Positions 58,622 to 64,000 of a DNA stretch of 64,000 nucleotides are shown here, one piece after another. Both the position numbers and the translations under genes were made by a program. Location: assembly GCA_963847705.1 (NCBI GenBank), contig CAWKBC010000025.1:1-64000 (forward strand), read 5' to 3'. The notes under the pieces were generated by a model. The model worked only from the letters and a program-made list of their open reading frames with translations. It was not told the origin of the DNA and searched no databases. This DNA comes from an uncultured Pseudomonadota bacterium. Its GTDB lineage: Bacteria > Myxococcota_A > Polyangia > Fen-1088. Each line of letters starts with the position of its first letter. Positions within the stretch are counted from its first letter, which is position 1.

Positions 58622-60181
58622 TCAGTTGTTGGCCAGGGCACGTTGCAGTGTTTCGAAGGCCACCGGTTTGATGAGATAGGTCTCGAAACCTGCCTCGTCG
58701 CCCATCCGGCGGTGATCGCCCTGACCATACCCGGTAAGTGCGATGAGTCGCAAATTCGGAGCGCCGGATTTCAGACGGCGGGCGACCTCGAAGCCATTCA
58801 TTCCAGGAAGCCCGATGTCCACGATCGCCACCTCGGGCCGTGAGCGCGACGCTTCCTCGAGCCCTCCGGGGCCATCCCCGGCCTGGTAGACCTCGTGTCC
58901 GGCGATCTCGAGCAGCCTGGCCAACGCCTCACGCGCGTCGACGTTGTCGTCAACAACCAGGATCCTCCGCCGCGGCCCCAGCCCGCCACGCGGGTCTCCC
59001 GAGGCGAGGGTGGCGGCCAGCGGGAGGCGAACCGCGAACTCCGTCCCGCTGTTGAGGCCCGGGCTCCAGACATCGATCCGCCCTCCGTGCGCCTCGACCA
59101 GACTGCGCACGATCGCCAGCCCCAGACCGAGGCCGCCGTCTCGCCGATCGAGTCCACGCTCGCTCTGCACGAACAGATCGAAGACGCGGGGGAGGAGCTC
59201 GACCGAGATCCCGACGCCGGTGTCCTTGACGCGCAGGATGGCGTCGCCGCCCTCCGGCTCCACCTCGATGATGATCCTCCCGCCCGCCGGCGTGTACTTG
59301 ATGGCATTCATCAGCAGGTTGTTGACGATCTGTTCCAGGCGCGGGCCGTCCCCGTGCACGTGCGTTCCCGCGCAGCGCAGCTCGTGGCGATGCCGCTCGA
59401 AGAGGCGCCGGTCGACGAAGTCGTGGACGCATCGGTGGACCAGAGCCACCAGGTCGACGTTGGTCCGCTCCAGCGTCAGCTTGCCGGCCGAGAGCCGGGA
59501 GACGTCCATCAGATCGTCGACGATGCGCGCCAGCTGCTCGGTCTGGCGCCGGATGGCGGCGCTGGCCTTTGAGAGGTCATCGTCGCCGCTGGTCAGGTGG
59601 CTGATCAACGTCGACGCGTTCATGATGACGCCGAGCGGATTGCGCAGCTCGTGCGAGACCATGGCCAGGAACTCATCCTTCCGCCGGCTGGTCTCGAGAA
59701 CCGCCTCTTCTTCCCGCTTGCGCTTGGTGATGTCCCAGCAGACGCCGATCATCCGAAAGGGCTCGCCCTTTTCGCCCGACAGCACCCGACCCTTGGCGCG
59801 CATCCAGCGCACCTCCCCAGCTTTCTCTGCCGAGCGAAACTCGATCTCGTAATTGGAGCGCCCCTCGATGCAGCTTCGAAGCGCGTTCACCACCCGCTCG
59901 CGATCGCCCGGGTGGACCATCGCCTGATACGATTCGAAGGTGTTGCCGAAGCTGCCCGGTGGCAGCCCGTGAATTCGCTCCAAGTTGTCTGACCACCGCA
60001 CCACGCCCGTTCCGATGTCCCATTCCCAGCCGCCGATCTCACCGGCGTCGAGGACCAGGCGCAGGTCGGCGTCACTGAGACCGAAGGCCGCCTCGAGGGG
60101 TCCGCTTTTGAGCGACTTGGGCGGGAAGGGAGCGGTGGGCTCCTTCACGACTCTCCGGTCGGGTGGAGGCCCGTGGCTCAT
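58622..60181 (-). CDS. Hybrid PAS histidine kinase with receiver domain
   Basis: PAS3 (WEWDI..VHPGD), SHELRNPL, NAIKYT, GLGLGL, REC ILVVDDN..DIGLPGMNG..KP. Confidence 0.95.
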   Translation of the reverse strand: MSHGPPPDRRVVKEPTAPFPPKSLKSGPLEAAFGLSDADLRLVLDAGEIGGWEWDIGTGVVRWSDNLERIHGLPPGSFGNTFESYQAMVHPGDRERVVNALRSCIEGRSNYEIEFRSAEKAGEVRWMRAKGRVLSGEKGEPFRMIGVCWDITKRKREEEAVLETSRRKDEFLAMVSHELRNPLGVIMNASTLISHLTSGDDDLSKASAAIRRQTEQLARIVDDLMDVSRLSAGKLTLERTNVDLVALVHRCVHDFVDRRLFERHRHELRCAGTHVHGDGPRLEQIVNNLLMNAIKYTPAGGRIIIEVEPEGGDAILRVKDTGVGISVELLPRVFDLFVQSERGLDRRDGGLGLGLAIVRSLVEAHGGRIDVWSPGLNSGTEFAVRLPLAATLASGDPRGGLGPRRRILVVDDNVDAREALARLLEIAGHEVYQAGDGPGGLEEASRSRPEVAIVDIGLPGMNGFEVARRLKSGAPNLRLIALTGYGQGDHRRMGDEAGFETYLIKPVAFETLQRALANN

Positions 60182-60257
60182 GTGGGGAAGTTACACGTGG
60201 CTGGCTTACTCAAAAAGTTTATTTCCAAGATTGGTGCGTCAAATTGAGCAGGGCCGC

Positions 60258-60878
60258 CTAACGGCCATAAACGATGACGTTGTGATAACGGGATTCCGAG
60301 CCACCCGAGTTCTCGTAAACGTGGGGCTTGTTGGCGTCGAAGACCACCGAGTCCCCGGGGCCGAGCTCGTCGCTGTGGTCGCCAACCGTCATCCTCATCA
60401 CGCCGCTCAGAACCACCACGATTTCGCGGGTTCCGGGACCGTGCGGCTCGGAGACGTGGCGCGCGCGGGCCGCCAACCGCAGCTCGTACATCTCGACCTG
60501 CGGGATCCCCACGGCGGGCATGAGCGGCCGGCTCTCGAATTTGCCGTCCATCGAGCGAAGGGGCTGGGCCTCTCCCCGCCGCAACACGGAGAGCTCGGCC
60601 CGGGTCTCGCCGATCAGGTCGGCGAACGTGATCCCGAGCCCAGAGGCGATTTTCCACAAGACACCGATCGTCGGATTGGTCTTGCGGGTTTCGATCTGAG
60701 AGAGCGCCGCGCGGCTCACCCCGGTCAGCTGGGCCAGCTCGTCCAGCGACATCGCCCGCCGTTTCCGCTGGGCCCGCAGGTTCTCCGCGACCCGCCCGGC
60801 CAGCTCGGCCGCACCGAGCTCATCGCCCGAGGGGATGGGCGCACCCCGCAGCCCCGCCGGACCCTGTTTTTTGGGCAT
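60258..60878 (-). CDS. XRE-family transcriptional regulator with cupin domain
   Basis: SLDELAQLTGVSRAALSQIETRKTNPT; cupin EPHGPGTRE..GDSVVFDANKPHVY. Confidence 0.93.
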   Translation of the reverse strand: MPKKQGPAGLRGAPIPSGDELGAAELAGRVAENLRAQRKRRAMSLDELAQLTGVSRAALSQIETRKTNPTIGVLWKIASGLGITFADLIGETRAELSVLRRGEAQPLRSMDGKFESRPLMPAVGIPQVEMYELRLAARARHVSEPHGPGTREIVVVLSGVMRMTVGDHSDELGPGDSVVFDANKPHVYENSGGSESRYHNVIVYGR

Positions 60879-61017
60879 GACGGAGATTCTAGTTTAGGAG
60901 ACGGCGGCTCGAAACTTTTCGGCCCGGGAGGTGGCGCAGCACGGAGCGAGGTGGCGCAACCGACGCGGTGAGGCCCACACCGTCGGCCGGCGGCCGGCGG
61001 CTGCGGCCTCGCGCGGG

Positions 61018-61317
61018 CTATCGCCGGCTGCCGCGATCCGGTCGCCCCAGCCCCAGGAACCCCCGAATTCGCCTGATCGAACCGGCCAGCGCACCGGTCA
61101 GCTGGCCTGCCGGGCCACCGGCGGACGTTCCCACAGACCTGCCCACAGACTGGCCCGCCGCCGCGCCGGCCTCCGCGGCGCGGGCGCCGGTCTCCGCGGC
61201 TTCGCCGCACCGGCACCGGTCGGCCGGCGGAACGTCACCGAGCACGCTCTCGACATGGAGGCCGCACCCCGCGAACGAGGGCCTCGCGCAGACGTTGCAG
61301 GTGATTCGTCGGCACAT
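61018..61317 (-). CDS. Small Cys/His-rich putative metal-binding protein
   Basis: MCRRITCNVCARPSFAGCGLHVESVLGDVPPADRCRC; embedded in the longer ORF 61018..61758. Confidence 0.7.
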   Translation of the reverse strand: MCRRITCNVCARPSFAGCGLHVESVLGDVPPADRCRCGEAAETGARAAEAGAAAGQSVGRSVGTSAGGPAGQLTGALAGSIRRIRGFLGLGRPDRGSRR

Positions 61318-61341
61318 CGTTCTCGTTCTATCATTCCTGCC

Positions 61342-61860
61342 ATGCCCTTGCTCTCCCCGAAACTGACCAAGGTTCTCAAGCGCGGCCTCCTGATGGCGAT
61401 CGTCGGGTTCGCCCTCCTCCAGGTCTTCCCGGTGAAGCGCCTCTTCGGCATTCCGACCGAAGACATCGGGACGAATCCACCGGAGCGCTTCGCCTTCGAC
61501 GGCCCGCCGGAGGTCGAACGCATCATGCGGCGAGCCTGCTTCGACTGCCACACCAACGAAACGCGCTGGCCGCTCTACGCGCGCGTCGCGCCCGGCTCGT
61601 GGCTCATGGCGCGCGACGTCCACAAGGGGCGCAACCATCTCAACTTTTCCAAGTGGGCCGACGCGGACGAGGACGAGCGTCAGACCGACCGCGAGAACGC
61701 CTGGGAGAAGGTCGAATCGGGCGAGATGCCTCCCTGGTTCTACATCTTGCCGATGCACCCCGACGCCAAGCTTTCACCGGAGGACAAGGCGCTCCTCAAG
61801 TCCTACCTGATGGGCAAGGCGCAGAAGGACAAGGAGACGGACAAGAAAGCGGAGAAGTAG
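61342..61860 (+). CDS. Heme-binding domain protein (c-type cytochrome, Haem_bd-like)
   Basis: N-terminal TM, ACFDCH (CxxCH), TRWPLY, GRNHLNFS, EMPP. Confidence 0.9.
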   Translation: MPLLSPKLTKVLKRGLLMAIVGFALLQVFPVKRLFGIPTEDIGTNPPERFAFDGPPEVERIMRRACFDCHTNETRWPLYARVAPGSWLMARDVHKGRNHLNFSKWADADEDERQTDRENAWEKVESGEMPPWFYILPMHPDAKLSPEDKALLKSYLMGKAQKDKETDKKAEK

Positions 61861-61902
61861 CCCAGAAAAACGAAAGCCCTGGAGAACGACCCGGAGCTTT
61901 TC

Positions 61903-61943
61903 TGGCGCGAGGACGGGGACCGAACCCCCGATGGCTGTTAACC
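61903..61943 (-). other. Degenerate tRNA(Ser-like) 3' fragment; possible att remnant
   Basis: Reverse complement GGTTAACAGCCATCGGGGGTTCGGTCCCCGTCCTCGCGCCA: variable arm, T-arm-like sequence and a GCCA end. Confidence 0.4.
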
Positions 61944-62082
61944 GCGGGCACCTCGACTACCGAAGGTCTCCTAACGTATTTTAACTATTAACGATTTTTT
62001 CGTCAGCCGGTAACCAGGCGAGCCCGCTCCCGAGTTGATCGGTAGATGCGTGCGGCGGTTGGGTGTTCGGATGGAGGTGCCG

Positions 62083-62190
62083 TCGCCCGTGGCGCCCCAC
62101 CCATGTAGGACGAAGACGGCGCTGCCGCCGGGCTCGTCCTCGCTCATGCCCGATACGCGGACCACGCTCAGCCCGCCCCACGGTTGCGAC
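62083..62190 (-). pseudogene. N-terminal fragment of a phospholipase/carboxylesterase-like gene
   Basis: WGGLSVVRVSGMSEDEPGGSAVFVLHGWGATGD, then the similarity is lost. Confidence 0.45.
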
Positions 62191-62234
62191 ACGCCCGCGT
62201 CCACTCGCGCCGAGATCCTCCGCGGCCCGAACAA

Positions 62235-62800
62235 GATCGCCTCCCGTGACGTACCAGGAGACGAGGAGAGTCTCCTGAGTCTCCGCAATCGTTCCGGACG
62301 CGGGATCGAACACCGGGTACATCTCGATGGCGCCGGCCAGCCAGGTGGCCGCTGTCGTGACGTGGGCTCCAGGCCGAACGGCCATCGGGTCGACGGGCGT
62401 GCCCCCGACCATGAAGCTCAGACCCGAGATGGTTGGGTTCTGGTTCGGGAGATACGCCGCTCGGAAGCGGCTGACGTCGCCCAGGAGGCATCGGGCAGCT
62501 CACAGGTGACGCGCTCGAGACCGACCGCCAAGGAGTTGCCGAGCGAGACTGTCAGCGGCTGGTAGTAACCACCGGTCGCGTCTGAGTCGTTCGGGCGTGT
62601 CGGCGGCGCTCCAGGAGCGGGTTGTGCCGTGTCAGGTCCGAAGGTGCGACAGGCGTCGGTCGGGATCACCACCTGCACGGCGTTGCCGACAGCGTCGGCA
62701 GACGTCGGGATCAAGCAGTCAGGAGATACGACCCGGCTCTCGGCGAGCGGTTTCTCCGTATGGCACAGGCTCCACGAGGTGTCCGTCAAGTCGGGCCCGC
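62235..62800 (-). pseudogene. Frameshifted, truncated remnant of a myxobacterial lipoprotein-type gene
   Basis: DACRTFGPD..DATGGYYQP..ERVTC in one frame continues as YLPNQNPTI..ETLLVSWYVTGG in another (shift ~62485); no intact ends. Confidence 0.55.
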
Positions 62801-63111
62801 CGGCCTCCTCGCTCCCGTAACGCCGCTACCCCACGAGACGACTCATTTGGCTCACGCTCGAAGAGCACCCTAAAGCGTCTGTTTCCAACACGACCACACG
62901 CGATATCCGCACGGCGGGCGCCACATGACCAAACAAACTCACCCGGCTAACCGCGTAACCTATCTCGCCCCTTAACGCTCATTTGACTGCTTGGTAACCC
63001 ATTCGACATAAGCGCCTTGGTACAAGAAATCATCGGCGGCAACACACAGTCACTGAATCGATGAGTCGCCTAACAACAACACCAAAACGTAATTGGCAAG
63101 GAGACCCACGC

Positions 63112-64000
63112 ATGCACTTTGCTCCTAGACAGAGCCGCAATCGCCAACGTGCACATTTGCCGCCGCGTTCGCTGCTTCCCTTGCTCCTGGTGACCACCGT
63201 CACCTCTCTCGCCACATACGAGGGGCCAGCCAGGGCCGAGCTTCCGACCTCTGCGGTCGACACCACCGGCTTGGCGGTGACGGACAGCGAAGTCACCGTC
63301 GGCCAATTGCATAGCGCCACGGGCACCATGGCGATCAGCGAGACGGGATCGATCCAGGCCGAGCGGCTGGCGATAGAGCAGATCAACGCCTCGGGCGGAA
63401 TTCTCGGGCGCCAGATCAAAATCATCCAGGAGGACGGCGCCAGCGACTGGCCCACCTTTGCCGAGAAGGCCAAGAAACTCCTGGTGTCCGACAAGGTCGC
63501 CGCCGTGTTCGGTTGCTGGACCTCGGCGTCGAGGAAGGCGGTATTGCCCGTTTTCGAAAGGGAGAATGGGTTGCTCTATTATCCGACCTTCTACGAGGGT
63601 CTCGAACAATCGAAGAACGTGTTTTACACCGGCCAAGAGGCGACCCAGCAGATCTTGGCGGGCCTGGACTGGCTCTACAAGGAAAAGAAAGCCAAGACCT
63701 ACTTCCTCATCGGGTCGGACTACATTTGGCCGCGCACCTCCAACAAGATCGCCCGCAAACACATCGAAAACGTGCTGCATGGGACCGTGGTCGGCGAGGA
63801 GTATTATCCCCTCGGCACCACTCAGTTTGGGTCGCTCATCAACAAGATCAAGCTCAAAAAGCCTGATGCGATCTATGCCATCGTCGTGGGCGGCAGCAAC
63901 GTCTCGTTTTATAAACAACTCAAGGCCGCCGGGGTAACGTCGGACAAGCAAACGCTCCTGACCATTTCCGTCACCGAAGATGAGTTGCTCGGTATCGGCG
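63112..64000 (+). CDS. urtA: Urea ABC transporter substrate-binding protein (runs off the window)
   Basis: VGQLHSATGTMAISE, EDGASDWPTFAEKA, VFGCWTSASRK, YPTFYEGLE, GSDYIWPRT; AAGGAG RBS. Absent from the ORF track. Confidence 0.95.
   Translation, partial: MHFAPRQSRNRQRAHLPPRSLLPLLLVTTVTSLATYEGPARAELPTSAVDTTGLAVTDSEVTVGQLHSATGTMAISETGSIQAERLAIEQINASGGILGRQIKIIQEDGASDWPTFAEKAKKLLVSDKVAAVFGCWTSASRKAVLPVFERENGLLYYPTFYEGLEQSKNVFYTGQEATQQILAGLDWLYKEKKAKTYFLIGSDYIWPRTSNKIARKHIENVLHGTVVGEEYYPLGTTQFGSLINKIKLKKPDAIYAIVVGGSNVSFYKQLKAAGVTSDKQTLLTISVTEDELLGIG

Noticed and set aside
62820-63111. Possible guanidine (ykkC) riboswitch or sigma54 site upstream of urtA
   Set aside because: Conserved ykkC and -24/-12 motifs were not found by eye.

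Overview
High-GC bacterial window, most consistent with Myxococcota (probably class Polyangia): it has MYXO-CTERM sorting tails, Gly/Thr-linker secreted enzymes, PEGA/TPR Ser/Thr kinases and an AgmK-like giant TPR protein. The left two-thirds is mostly core genome: the thrU-tyrU-glyT-thrT-tuf cluster, hpt, alaS, an RluA-family gene, glnD-TPR-guaB-guaA, gshB, pcnB and queC. The right third is accessory: secreted/surface proteins, a SIR2-like/TPR fusion, a PimA-like glycolipid locus, sensor kinases, gene remnants and a partial urtA. Three genes carry single-base frameshifts that may be sequencing errors. The most unusual signals are: (1) five copies of a ~63-83 bp two-hairpin repeat bounded by CTAG, always at a TAG stop codon and with a compensatory base change; (2) a ~340 nt highly structured intergenic region at ~28.0-28.3 kb; (3) several apparent pseudo-enzymes (SIR2, PilT, adenylate-forming enzyme, M11-like peptidase); (4) a candidate nucleoid-associated protein with an internal duplication; (5) a C-terminal motif shared by two unrelated membrane proteins. 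All calls come from reading the sequence and recalled family motifs; no database searches were run.
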